Of a stretch of 64,000 bases of DNA, positions 10,424 through 19,080 are shown piece by piece. The notes beneath the pieces are model-generated. The model was given only the letters and a program-made list of their open reading frames with translations, did not search any database and had not been told where the DNA came from. Source of the stretch: Actinomycetota bacterium (lineage in GTDB: Bacteria > Actinomycetota > UBA4738). The stretch covers positions 8,309-72,308 of the forward strand of contig JBOGVA010000074.1 in the NCBI GenBank assembly GCA_050692195.1, in the 5' to 3' direction. Numbering within the stretch: the stretch's first letter is position 1; the number at the start of each line of letters is the position of its first letter. The translations under genes were made by a program, and so were the position numbers.

Positions 10424-10442
10424 GGGGCCGCGCTCACACGTC

Positions 10443-11252
10443 TTATCGCGTGTATGCGCCCGCGGGGTCGAGCTCCTCACGGATCAGCCTGAGCTCCTCC
10501 CCGGTCGGCGGGGGAGTTTCCTGAAGCTCATCGGCCACATCCAGGTCCCAGCTCGTGTTCTCCCGGACCTCCTCCAACGAGACCCCCGGATGCAGGCTCG
10601 CCAGAGACATCTCTCCGGTCGCGTCGTCGAAGCCATAGACGCCGAGCCCGGTCACCACGACGGCGGGACCCACCCCGAGCCACCCGTGGGGGCGGCCGCC
10701 TACCACGTGCCCGGGGCTGGTGGTGAAGTCGAGCTGCTCGACGAACGAGCGCCTCGACTGAGGCATGATCACGAACACCTTTCGCGCGTTGATGGCGATC
10801 TCGCATGCGCCTCCAGAGCCGGGGAGCCGGACCTTCGGAGTGTCGTACCTGCCGATTACGGTGGTGTTGATGTTTCCGTACCGATCGATCTGGGAGGCGC
10901 CGAGGAAGCCGACGTCGATGAGACCCGCTTGTAGGTAATACGCGAACAGCTCGAACATGCTGGTGACCTGGAGGCTGCCCGAGACCAGCGTGGGGTCCCC
11001 GATGGAGAGCGGAAGCCTGGCGGGCACCGATCCGAACACCCCCGACTCGTAGACGAGCTCCAGGTCGGGGGCCACGGTGCGCTTGGCCAGGTTGCAGGCG
11101 ATATTGGGCGGGCCCACTCCGACGAAGCACACCCGCTCGCCGGCGAGCTGGCGAGCCGAGGCCACGATCATCATCTCCGCCGTCGAGTACTCGCGGTCCG
11201 ATCCCTCCTGTGTCGGCTGTCCGGCGCGGGCCCGGGTTCGCTCGCTCTTCAT
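10443..11252 (-). CDS. CoA-transferase subunit B (glutaconate/3-oxoacid CoA-transferase family I)
   Basis: From MKSERTRA...; conserved SGGACEIA active-site region and beta-subunit layout; ATGA overlap with subunit A. Confidence 0.85.
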   Translation of the reverse strand: MKSERTRARAGQPTQEGSDREYSTAEMMIVASARQLAGERVCFVGVGPPNIACNLAKRTVAPDLELVYESGVFGSVPARLPLSIGDPTLVSGSLQVTSMFELFAYYLQAGLIDVGFLGASQIDRYGNINTTVIGRYDTPKVRLPGSGGACEIAINARKVFVIMPQSRRSFVEQLDFTTSPGHVVGGRPHGWLGVGPAVVVTGLGVYGFDDATGEMSLASLHPGVSLEEVRENTSWDLDVADELQETPPPTGEELRLIREELDPAGAYTR

Positions 11253-12178
11253 CCGTAGCTCCCGTAGTTCACCGGCTCGGACCATGCCTCTCCTGGCGAG
11301 AGCTGCTCCCAGCGTTCGGCTCCGAGCTTCTCGACGTACTCGGCGTGTGAGTCGAGGCCGTACACCCAGTCCTTCAGCCACGCCTCGAGCGAGTCGCGAT
11401 CGCGGGCGATCGTGTCCCATTCGAGATAGAAGCGATTGTCCCGATCGTAGTAGCCCTGGGCGTAGGAGGGATGGCAGGCCTTGGGCTCCACGACCACGGC
11501 GTCAACGATGAGGCCCGGGATGATGGTGCGGTTGGGATCCTTGCGGACGAGGGATTCCTCCACCAGCTCCTCGCACACCACGATGACACGGTCCGATGCG
11601 AATGCCGCCTCCTTCTGGCATCCCAGCAGCCCCCAGATCTGCGTGTCGCCATTCGGGTCGGCACGTTGGGCGTGCACGATGGCCACGTCCGGGTTGAGAG
11701 GCGGGATCGCGTACACGGTCTCATCGCCGTATGGGGATTGGACCGGAACGATTCGCGGGTTGGCCTTCGGTAGGTCGCTCTCGAAGTAGCTTCGGATCGG
11801 GAAGAACGGCAGCCGTGACGCTCCAGCCACGTACCGGCAGACCATTCCGAAGTGGCTGTACTCCTCGAGCTCCAGCGGTCCGGGTTCGCTCCGCTCGACT
11901 CGCCGGCGGATCGCATGGAGCGAACCGACGCCCGGGTTGCCCAACCAGGAGAACACCAGCTTCCGTGCCACGCCGGCGGCCACCATCTGGTCGTAGATCA
12001 CGTCGGGGGTCAGCCGGCAGAGCGTGAGGTCCCGCTTGCGCTGACGGATGATCTCGTGGCCGGCGGCGAAGCAGATCAGGTGCGTGAATCCTTCGATGGC
12101 TACGGTATCGCCGTCTCGTACCAGGTCGGCCACGGCCTCCCGCATCGTGGCGAGCTTGGAGTTACTCGGGACCGCCAC
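11249..12178 (-). CDS. CoA-transferase subunit A (family I)
   Basis: 309 aa; typical alpha-subunit length and N-terminal glycine-rich region; directly upstream of and overlapping subunit B. Confidence 0.85.
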   Translation of the reverse strand: MAVPSNSKLATMREAVADLVRDGDTVAIEGFTHLICFAAGHEIIRQRKRDLTLCRLTPDVIYDQMVAAGVARKLVFSWLGNPGVGSLHAIRRRVERSEPGPLELEEYSHFGMVCRYVAGASRLPFFPIRSYFESDLPKANPRIVPVQSPYGDETVYAIPPLNPDVAIVHAQRADPNGDTQIWGLLGCQKEAAFASDRVIVVCEELVEESLVRKDPNRTIIPGLIVDAVVVEPKACHPSYAQGYYDRDNRFYLEWDTIARDRDSLEAWLKDWVYGLDSHAEYVEKLGAERWEQLSPGEAWSEPVNYGSYG

Positions 12179-12190
12179 CGGAAGCCGGCC

Positions 12191-12598
12191 TCAGTACTCC
12201 ACGGGCTGGGCACCCGCGGGAACGGGATCCTCCGGTCCGCGCAGGACGCAGAACTCGTTGCCCTCGGGATCTTGCAACACCTTCCACGTCGCCTCCGGGC
12301 CCCCGAAGCCCTCCAGCTCGATGGCTCCGAGTCGCTTGAGTCTTTCGACCTCTTCGTCGCGGGTCCGGGACGGGCGGAGGTCGAAGTGGATCCGATTCTT
12401 CACGGTCTTCGTGTCCGGAACCTTCTGGAACAGGACGCGCATCCGCGGGTTGTCGGGGTCGTCGATCCGAGCGTCCTGGTCCTCCGTTCCGTCGTCCCAC
12501 TCGTCCCTGATCTCGTAGCCGAGCGCGGCTGCCCAGAACGCTGCCAGCATCCCCGGATTGGAGCAGTCGATCAAGATGGTGTCGACGCGAGAAGGCAT
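12191..12598 (-). CDS. VOC/glyoxalase-family protein
   Basis: 135 aa; glyoxalase-like beta-alpha-beta-beta-beta modules (ILIDCSNPGMLAAFW...; IHFDLRPS...). Confidence 0.7.
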   Translation of the reverse strand: MPSRVDTILIDCSNPGMLAAFWAAALGYEIRDEWDDGTEDQDARIDDPDNPRMRVLFQKVPDTKTVKNRIHFDLRPSRTRDEEVERLKRLGAIELEGFGGPEATWKVLQDPEGNEFCVLRGPEDPVPAGAQPVEY

Positions 12599-12601
12599 CG
12601 C

Positions 12602-13897
12602 TCAAGGAGTCCGGGCCTCGTCGGCCACTTCGGCGCAGGCCTCCTCGAAGATGCGAAGCCCCGAGGCTGCCTGCTCCGGGTTGATGACGAGAGGAGGGGA
12701 CATCCGGATCGTCGAGTCCCCGGCCCTCAGCGTGAGCAGACCCCGGCGGAAGCAGGCCATCTCGACGGCATCCGCTATCCGTGAGTTGTCGAATTCCACC
12801 CCGATCATCAGCCCCCGGCCTCGCACCTCCGCGATCAGCGGCTGGCGCTCCTGCAACTGGCTCAGGCCGTTCAGGAGGGAGCGGCCGACGGCGTCCGCGT
12901 TGGCGGCCAGCCCACCCTCGATGAGATCGATCGTGGCCAGCGCGGCGGCGCACGACACGGGGTTGCCCCCGAACGTCGAGCCGTGCGCTCCCTTCTCCCA
13001 GGTCATGATCTCCGCTCTGGCGATGAGGGCCCCGAGCGGCATACCGCTGGCGATCCCCTTGCCGGCCAGCGTGATGTCGGGCTCGACGCCCTCGTGATCG
13101 ACGGCCCACATCTTCCCGGTGCGGCCCATGCCCGACTGGACCTCGTCGGCCACGAGGAGGATCCCGTGCTCCGAGCACATGTGACGTAGCTCCCCGAGCC
13201 AGCCGGGGGGTGGGAAGGCGTACCCCCCCTCGCCCAGGACAGGCTCGACGAACACCGCCGCCACCTCTTGCGGCTTCACGAGCCGCTTGAAGATGACCCG
13301 CTCGATGTAGTCGCCCACGGGCTCGCCGTACGGCGCGTACAGCACCCCCGGCAGGAGCGGTCCGAAGCCCTCGTGGTACTTGGACTGGGACGCGGTGAGG
13401 GAGACGCTTCCATAGGAGCGACCGTGGAACGAGCCGATGAACGAGATCAGGTACTGCCGGCCGGTGTGATTGCGTGCCAGCTTGATGGCGCCCTCCACTG
13501 CCTCGGTCCCCGAATTGGTGAGGAACGACCGAGCCGGCGCCTTCATCGGGGCGATCGCCCCCAGTCGCTCGCAGACCTCGCCATAGATCGGCAGGTAGAA
13601 GTCGCTCGCCGAGTAGTGGATCAGGCGCTCGGCCTGTCGCCTGATCGCCTCCACCACCGCGGGATGCGCATGGCCCGTGGAGCACACGGCGATGCCCGCA
13701 TTGAAGTCGAGGCAGATGTTGCCGTCGACGTCTTCGAGCACAGCGCCCGCCCCGCGGGCCGGTACGAAGGGATAGGCCCGAGGCAGAGAGGGGCTCGTGC
13801 TGCGGGCATCCGCGTCGATGGCGGCTCGAGCCTTCGGCCCCGGCAGGTCCGTGACCAGACGTGGCTCGGTGAAGGCTGCCAGGTTTTCGCTGACCAC
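12602..13897 (-). CDS. gabT: 4-aminobutyrate aminotransferase-like class III aminotransferase
   Basis: 431 aa; LLVADEVQSGMGRTGKMWA and TLAGKGIASGMPLGA PLP-lysine region typical of GabT. Confidence 0.85.
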   Translation of the reverse strand: MVSENLAAFTEPRLVTDLPGPKARAAIDADARSTSPSLPRAYPFVPARGAGAVLEDVDGNICLDFNAGIAVCSTGHAHPAVVEAIRRQAERLIHYSASDFYLPIYGEVCERLGAIAPMKAPARSFLTNSGTEAVEGAIKLARNHTGRQYLISFIGSFHGRSYGSVSLTASQSKYHEGFGPLLPGVLYAPYGEPVGDYIERVIFKRLVKPQEVAAVFVEPVLGEGGYAFPPPGWLGELRHMCSEHGILLVADEVQSGMGRTGKMWAVDHEGVEPDITLAGKGIASGMPLGALIARAEIMTWEKGAHGSTFGGNPVSCAAALATIDLIEGGLAANADAVGRSLLNGLSQLQERQPLIAEVRGRGLMIGVEFDNSRIADAVEMACFRRGLLTLRAGDSTIRMSPPLVINPEQAASGLRIFEEACAEVADEARTP

Positions 13898-13925
13898 TCC
13901 GGTGGCGGTTTCCAGGGTGGGTCCT

Positions 13926-15494
13926 CTAGTCCTCGATGACGGTCTGGCTCTGCTCGCGGAGGTACTGCTGGACGTAGTGAATCCCGCCGCCGGCCTTCCC
14001 GGAGGTTCCCGAGCCCTTCCAGCCGCCGAATGGCTGCATACCGGGCCACGCTCCCGTCGTTGCGCCCGCCTTCCGGTTGACGTACACGACCCCCGCCTCG
14101 ATCTCGTTCAGGAATCGATCGATCTCCGACTGATCCTCTGAGTAGAAGCCCGCAGTGAGTCCGTACTCCGTGTCGTTCGCCAGCTTGAGGGCCTCGTCCA
14201 GCGAGTCGACGGGAGCGACCGAGACGAACGGGACGAACAGCTCCTCCTTCCACACCCTGTTGTCCAGTGGCGCCTCGATGATGGTGGGCTTCACGAACAG
14301 CCCCCGGGCCAGGTCACCTTCCTTGATGCGCTCGCCACCCAGCAGGACTCGCCCGCCTTCGGCCTTCACGTCATCGACTGCCTTCTCGAACGTCTCTACG
14401 GCATCCTCGTTAATGACGGGGCCGGTATAGGTATCCCGCTCCAGCGGGTTCCCCACCTTCAGTCTCGACGCTTTGTCCACGAGCTGGTTGATGAAGTCTT
14501 CGTAGACGGGCCGTTCGACGTATACCCGCGAGCATGCCGAGCACTTCTGGCCGCTGAAGCCGAACGCCGAGCGCATCACGCCCTCGGTGGCCTTGTCCAG
14601 ATCGGCTTTGGCCGAGACGATCGCCGGGTTCTTCCCGCCCATCTCGCAGATGACGGGCTTTGGGTACTCCTTGGCGAACCCCTTGTAGATCTGCATGCCG
14701 ACGGCGTACGAGCCGGTGAAGGTGAGTCCGTCCACATCGGGGTTGCTCTGGAGCTCGTCGCCTACGACGCTCCCCGGTCCCGTCAGGATGTGGAATGCCC
14801 CCGCGGGCACGCCCCCTTCCCTCATCGCCTCGTACAGCTTGAGGCCCGTGAAGTAGCCCTGGTGCGAGGGCTTGAACACCACCGTGTTGCCGGCCACCAG
14901 CGCGCCGCCGGCCGGACCCCCCGCCAGCGCCATGGGGAAGTTGAAGGGGCTGATCACCACCCAGACGCCGTAGGGGCGGAGGACGCTCCGGTTGCGCTCC
15001 TTCTCGGAGAGCGCTCCCATCTTGAAGCTGAAGCCCTGGTTGTCCTCCATCTGCCTGCAGTAGTAGCGGATGAGGTCGGCAGTCTCCTCCACGTCTCCCA
15101 GGGCCTCCAGCCGGCTCTTGCCGACCTCGATGGACAACAGTGCGGCAAGCTCGTACACGCGATCGGAGATTCTCTCCGCCACCTGCCGCATGATCTTCAC
15201 GCGGTCCTCCCACGGCGTGCCCGCCCACTGAGGGAAGAAGGCCTTGGCCGCGGCGATGGCCTCCTTCGCGTCCTCGCGCCCGGCCCGACCGAATTGTCCG
15301 ATCACGATGTCCCGGTCCACGGGCGAGCGCTCCTCGTCGAGGCTTTCGCCCCAGCGCTCCTCCCCGTTGACGTAGAAGGGATGCTTCTGGCCGAGCCAGG
15401 AGTTCGCCGTCTCGATGCCTTTCTCGTAGGCGGCGTGCAACTCCTCGTTGTCCGCAGACATCGTGGCGTAGGTGATACGGAACCTCTCTGGCAT
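13926..15494 (-). CDS. 1-pyrroline-5-carboxylate dehydrogenase (aldehyde dehydrogenase family, short RocA/PruA type)
   Basis: 522 aa; ALDH catalytic motifs (EMGGKNP, FGFSGQKCSACSR); length and N-terminus fit Bacillus-type P5CDH. Confidence 0.85.
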   Translation of the reverse strand: MPERFRITYATMSADNEELHAAYEKGIETANSWLGQKHPFYVNGEERWGESLDEERSPVDRDIVIGQFGRAGREDAKEAIAAAKAFFPQWAGTPWEDRVKIMRQVAERISDRVYELAALLSIEVGKSRLEALGDVEETADLIRYYCRQMEDNQGFSFKMGALSEKERNRSVLRPYGVWVVISPFNFPMALAGGPAGGALVAGNTVVFKPSHQGYFTGLKLYEAMREGGVPAGAFHILTGPGSVVGDELQSNPDVDGLTFTGSYAVGMQIYKGFAKEYPKPVICEMGGKNPAIVSAKADLDKATEGVMRSAFGFSGQKCSACSRVYVERPVYEDFINQLVDKASRLKVGNPLERDTYTGPVINEDAVETFEKAVDDVKAEGGRVLLGGERIKEGDLARGLFVKPTIIEAPLDNRVWKEELFVPFVSVAPVDSLDEALKLANDTEYGLTAGFYSEDQSEIDRFLNEIEAGVVYVNRKAGATTGAWPGMQPFGGWKGSGTSGKAGGGIHYVQQYLREQSQTVIED

Positions 15495-15627
15495 CCTTCG
15501 CTCCTTCGTACGCGCTTTCCCCAGGTCAAACGGGATCTTCAGCCGGCTCTCATCCTAGCCGGGCGGTGGCTCCGACGGCACTCTGCAGCAAGCGGCCGCG
15601 GCCCCGGGCCTGGGAGAATGACTGAGC

Positions 15628-15702
15628 GCGCCCGTAGCTCAGCCCGGATAGAGCATCGGACTTCGGATCCGAGTGTCGGGGGTTCGAATCCCTCCGGGCG
15701 CA
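15628..15702 (+). tRNA. tRNA-Arg (anticodon TCG)
   Basis: Cloverleaf read by eye: acceptor GCGCCCG/CGGGCGC, D-arm GCTC..GAGC, anticodon stem TCGGA/TCCGA with loop CTTCGGA, T-arm GGGGG-TTCGAAT-CCCTC; 75 nt; CCA not encoded. Confidence 0.85.
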
Positions 15703-15765
15703 CACCTCCGGCAACGTCAAAGCTCGCTAGGCCGATCGGGTGACCCCCGATTCTCTGACTCGGCC

Positions 15766-17007
15766 ATGTTGGAATTCCCACCCGATAACGAGAAGGCCAT
15801 GAATTCTCGCCGAGCGGCGTGGATCGACACCTGGTTTGGAGGTGCCTTGGTCCATGGGCGCGGCGGAGCGCCCATCCTGGATGCCCTAGGGATCGCCCTC
15901 ACGATCGCGCTCTGCTGGACGGCCTCGTACACGGTGGGTGGCGCCGGCAAGGTGCCTCCTCACTGGTTCTACGTCCCGATTCTCTTCGCCAGCTCACGCT
16001 TCGGGCATGCTGGGGCACTGCTGTGTGCAGTCGTCTCCGGGATTATTGCTGGTCCATTGCTGCCGCTCGATGTGGGGGCGGGCTCAACGCAGTCGCTACC
16101 GGACTGGCTCGGTCGCTTGGCGTTCTTCGTCGTAATCGGCCAGGTGATGACGTGGGTGATGGCTCAGCGCCAAGGTGCGGAGACTCAACTACACCGAACT
16201 CGCGGGGCTTTGGTCGAGCTGCAGGAACGAATGAGGAGCGAGGAAGAGGAGGCCAGCAGGCGCAAGGTCGTCCACGAGCAGGTGAAGGAAGTGCTCCGCG
16301 GGAATGGCTTAAAAGTGGTGTTCCAGCCACTGGTGGATCTCCGGAACGGCACAGTGGTCGCTGTCGAGGCTCTGTCCAGGTTTGAGTTCGATCCGCGCCG
16401 CCCGCCGAACGAATGGTTCGCGGACGCATGGGCTGTAGGCCTCGGCGAGGCTCTCGAGATCGCTGCCCTCCGGGCGGCGCTCGCAGAGTCGGCCCGTTTG
16501 CCTGCGCGGCTGGCCGTATCGGTGAACCTCGCTCCCAGCGTCGTCAGTTCTCCTCGGTTTGTGGACCTGCTCCCATCCGTGCCGTGCGGCCGGGTAATCG
16601 TCGAGGTGACGGAGCACGCGCGGGTTCTGGACTACGAAGGCTTCCATGAACCACTGAAGGACTTCCGCCAGCGCGGGGGACGACTGGCGATCGACGATGC
16701 CGGCGCAGGGTATGCGAGCCTTCGGCATATCCTCAAGCTGAGTCCCGACATCATCAAGCTCGACATCGAGCTGACGCGCGGCATCGACCGAGATCCGGCG
16801 CGGCGCGCTCTGGCCTCGGCCATGATCGCGTTCGCTGCCGAGCTGGGGATCTGGATCGTCGCCGAAGGCATCGAGACGGAGGCGGAGCTCCGGTGCCTGC
16901 AGGCGCTCGGTGTGCACCTTGGCCAGGGTTACCATCTCGCGCGGCCGACGCCGCTGGATCTGCTCGACCTCTCTCCTCGTGACACGGCCCTGCGCGACAG
17001 CGCCTGA
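15766..17007 (+). CDS. membrane-anchored EAL-domain protein (c-di-GMP phosphodiesterase)
   Basis: N-terminal TM helices, then EAL domain (EALSRF, DDAGAGYASL, KLDIELTRGI, IVAEGIETEAEL, GQGYHLARP); start at MLEFPPDN. Confidence 0.85.
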   Translation: MLEFPPDNEKAMNSRRAAWIDTWFGGALVHGRGGAPILDALGIALTIALCWTASYTVGGAGKVPPHWFYVPILFASSRFGHAGALLCAVVSGIIAGPLLPLDVGAGSTQSLPDWLGRLAFFVVIGQVMTWVMAQRQGAETQLHRTRGALVELQERMRSEEEEASRRKVVHEQVKEVLRGNGLKVVFQPLVDLRNGTVVAVEALSRFEFDPRRPPNEWFADAWAVGLGEALEIAALRAALAESARLPARLAVSVNLAPSVVSSPRFVDLLPSVPCGRVIVEVTEHARVLDYEGFHEPLKDFRQRGGRLAIDDAGAGYASLRHILKLSPDIIKLDIELTRGIDRDPARRALASAMIAFAAELGIWIVAEGIETEAELRCLQALGVHLGQGYHLARPTPLDLLDLSPRDTALRDSA

Positions 17008-17064
17008 ACACAACTCATCCGGAAGGAGCGTTCTCTGTTTGGGGAATTGAGCGGATTTGGGAGG

Positions 17065-17484
17065 TCAGGCGCTGGGGGATCCCTCGAGCCGCCGAAGTCG
17101 TGAGGCCAGGGCTCGGAGCGCGCGGGCTGCGATCTGGGGCGTCTCGGTGAGGAGCGCCGTGAGCTCCTTTCGCAACAAGACCAGGCAGCGGACGGGACCG
17201 TCCGCGACGACCGTCGCCGTCCTGGGCCCGCCATCCAGGAGCGAGATCTCGCCGAAGAAGTCTCCGGAAGACATGCGAGCCACGGTCCGCCCGCTGCGGA
17301 TCACCCGGGCCCTTCCCTCCAGGATGACGAAGAGCTGCTCGCTGTGCCTCCCCTCGGAGACGATCGTGGCACCGTCCGGGTAGGTGTAGTCCTCCGTTGC
17401 CCTGAGCACGCGTCTGAGATGCCGCTCGGACAGGCCAGAGAACAGCGGCACTCCGCCCAGCGCTTGCAACTCCCCTCGGACCAT
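17065..17484 (-). CDS. stand-alone cyclic-nucleotide-binding (cNMP) domain protein
   Basis: 139 aa; Crp-type cNMP-binding fold (GDFFGEISLLDGGPRTATVVA...RALASRLR). Confidence 0.8.
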   Translation of the reverse strand: MVRGELQALGGVPLFSGLSERHLRRVLRATEDYTYPDGATIVSEGRHSEQLFVILEGRARVIRSGRTVARMSSGDFFGEISLLDGGPRTATVVADGPVRCLVLLRKELTALLTETPQIAARALRALASRLRRLEGSPSA

Positions 17485-17578
17485 GCACCCTCCCTCCGCA
17501 TCCCGCCGGGGCCGTCTTTGTCTCGGGCTTGCTTCGGAGCGGCGGCATCATACGCTCCTGTGTCATGGTGATGCGGAG

Positions 17579-18322
17579 ATGACACCTGCGGATCCCGGGA
17601 GTCTCCTCAGCCCTCGGACCCGGCACGCCATCCGGTTGTTCGCCGGCGTCCCGCGCAGCTACGATCGGATGTCCCGCCTTCTCTCCCTCGGCCTGGACCC
17701 ACTGTGGCGGCGATTCCTCGTTTCTCGGGTGACCGTGCCGCCCGCCGGCCTTGTTCTGGACGTGGCCACCGGAACGGGGGCCGTGGCTCTGGAGGTGGCG
17801 GCCAGGACGGATGCGTCGATCGTTGGGCTCGACCAGAGCGAGCCGATGCTTCGCCGCGGGGTGAAACGCGCCACCGAAGCCGGATCGTCGGCCCGAGTCA
17901 ACTTCGTGCTGGGACGTGCCGAGCGCCTTCCCTTTGCCGACGAGCGTTTCGACGCGGTGTCGTTCACGTATCTGCTTCGCTATGTCGACGACCCGGCCGC
18001 GACGCTCGCAGAGCTGGCCCGTGTCGTGAAGCCCGGCGGGACTCTGGCGAGCCTCGAGTTCCACGTTCCCGGGAACCCGGTATGGCGAGCGCTCTGGTTC
18101 GTCCACACCAGGGTCGGGCTACCGGTGGCCGGGCGCCTGGTCTCCTCTTCCTGGTACCGGGCCGGCCGGTTCCTGGGCCCGAGCATCTCGAGCTTCTATC
18201 GCCGCCATCCGGTCGGCGATCAACTCGCCATGTGGCGCGAGGCAGGCCTGGCGACGGTGCGCACCCGCGTCATGAGCTTGGGCGCCGCGGTCGTGACGTG
18301 GGGGACGAAGCGTGCCCGGTGA
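17579..18322 (+). CDS. UbiE/MenG-family class I SAM-dependent methyltransferase
   Basis: Motif I LDVATGTGAVALEVA and acidic post-I region; start at MTPADPG; overlaps the next gene by 11 nt. Confidence 0.8.
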   Translation: MTPADPGSLLSPRTRHAIRLFAGVPRSYDRMSRLLSLGLDPLWRRFLVSRVTVPPAGLVLDVATGTGAVALEVAARTDASIVGLDQSEPMLRRGVKRATEAGSSARVNFVLGRAERLPFADERFDAVSFTYLLRYVDDPAATLAELARVVKPGGTLASLEFHVPGNPVWRALWFVHTRVGLPVAGRLVSSSWYRAGRFLGPSISSFYRRHPVGDQLAMWREAGLATVRTRVMSLGAAVVTWGTKRAR

Positions 18323-19076
18323 TGCGGGCACCGAGCTTCCTGAAGGAGGGAGGCCTGCCTTCTACGCCCTCCGCCCGGGAGGCTGGCGAGACTACTGGAC
18401 CCTCCTGCACCCACCGTACACGGTGTGGCATCTGTCCCACGTGGCCATCGGGGCCGCAGCCGCGCCCCGGTTCAGCGCCTGGCGCCTTGGACTCAGCGTG
18501 CTGGCGTTCTTCTTCGCCATTGGGTTGTCTGCGCACGCGCTGGACGAGCTCGCAGGCCGGCCGCTCGGAACTCGCATCCCGGCAAGGATCCTTCAAGCTA
18601 TCGCCGGGGTCGGCATGGCGGCGGCCGTGGCCCTCGGGGTATACGGGGTGCTCTCGTTCTCCGTCTGGCTGCTCGTGTTCATGGCGTTCGGGATCTTCAT
18701 CCTGGTCGCCTACAACCTGGAGCTCTTCGGTGGTCGCTTCCACAGCGATGCCTGGTTCGCCATCTCGTGGGGAGCCTTCCCCGCGCTGACGGGCTACTTC
18801 GCCCAGTCCGCCGCCATCCGATGGCCGGCGCTCCCGGTGGCGGCGGCGTGCCTGTTCCTGGCGGCGGCGCAGCGCCGGCTGTCGACCCCGGTCCGGATGC
18901 TTCGACGCAAGGTGGCCTCTTTGGAAGGTCGGATGCGATTGCGCGACGGAACGGAGGTCGGCGTGGACGAAGCGCTGTTTCGCGCCGGCCCCGAGGCCGC
19001 CCTTCGGATCCTCTCCGTCGCCGTGACCCTCCTGGCCATCGGCGTGGTGGGGGCCAGGCTCACGGCGAGTCCGTAG
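18312..19076 (+). CDS. polytopic membrane protein, possibly degenerate UbiA-like prenyltransferase
   Basis: 254 aa, about 6 predicted TM helices; HALDELAGRPLGT resembles the UbiA Asp-rich/RPL motif; translationally coupled to the UbiE-like gene. Confidence 0.45.
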   Translation: MPGDAGTELPEGGRPAFYALRPGGWRDYWTLLHPPYTVWHLSHVAIGAAAAPRFSAWRLGLSVLAFFFAIGLSAHALDELAGRPLGTRIPARILQAIAGVGMAAAVALGVYGVLSFSVWLLVFMAFGIFILVAYNLELFGGRFHSDAWFAISWGAFPALTGYFAQSAAIRWPALPVAAACLFLAAAQRRLSTPVRMLRRKVASLEGRMRLRDGTEVGVDEALFRAGPEAALRILSVAVTLLAIGVVGARLTASP

Positions 19077-19080
19077 CTCC

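Noticed and set aside
12162-13685. 507-aa minus-strand ORF (Arg/Gly/Pro-rich)
   Set aside because: It lies antisense to and out of frame with the well-supported gabT gene. It is a typical stop-poor shadow ORF of high-GC DNA. Similar artefacts: 19146-21023 (+), 53013-55049 (+), 51022-51978 (+), 20951-21601 (-), 44962-46200 (-).
17301-17585. Small ORFs antisense to the cNMP-binding gene (for example 17301-17585, 17344-17571)
   Set aside because: They are embedded antisense or out of frame in a well-supported gene, with no RBS and biased composition.
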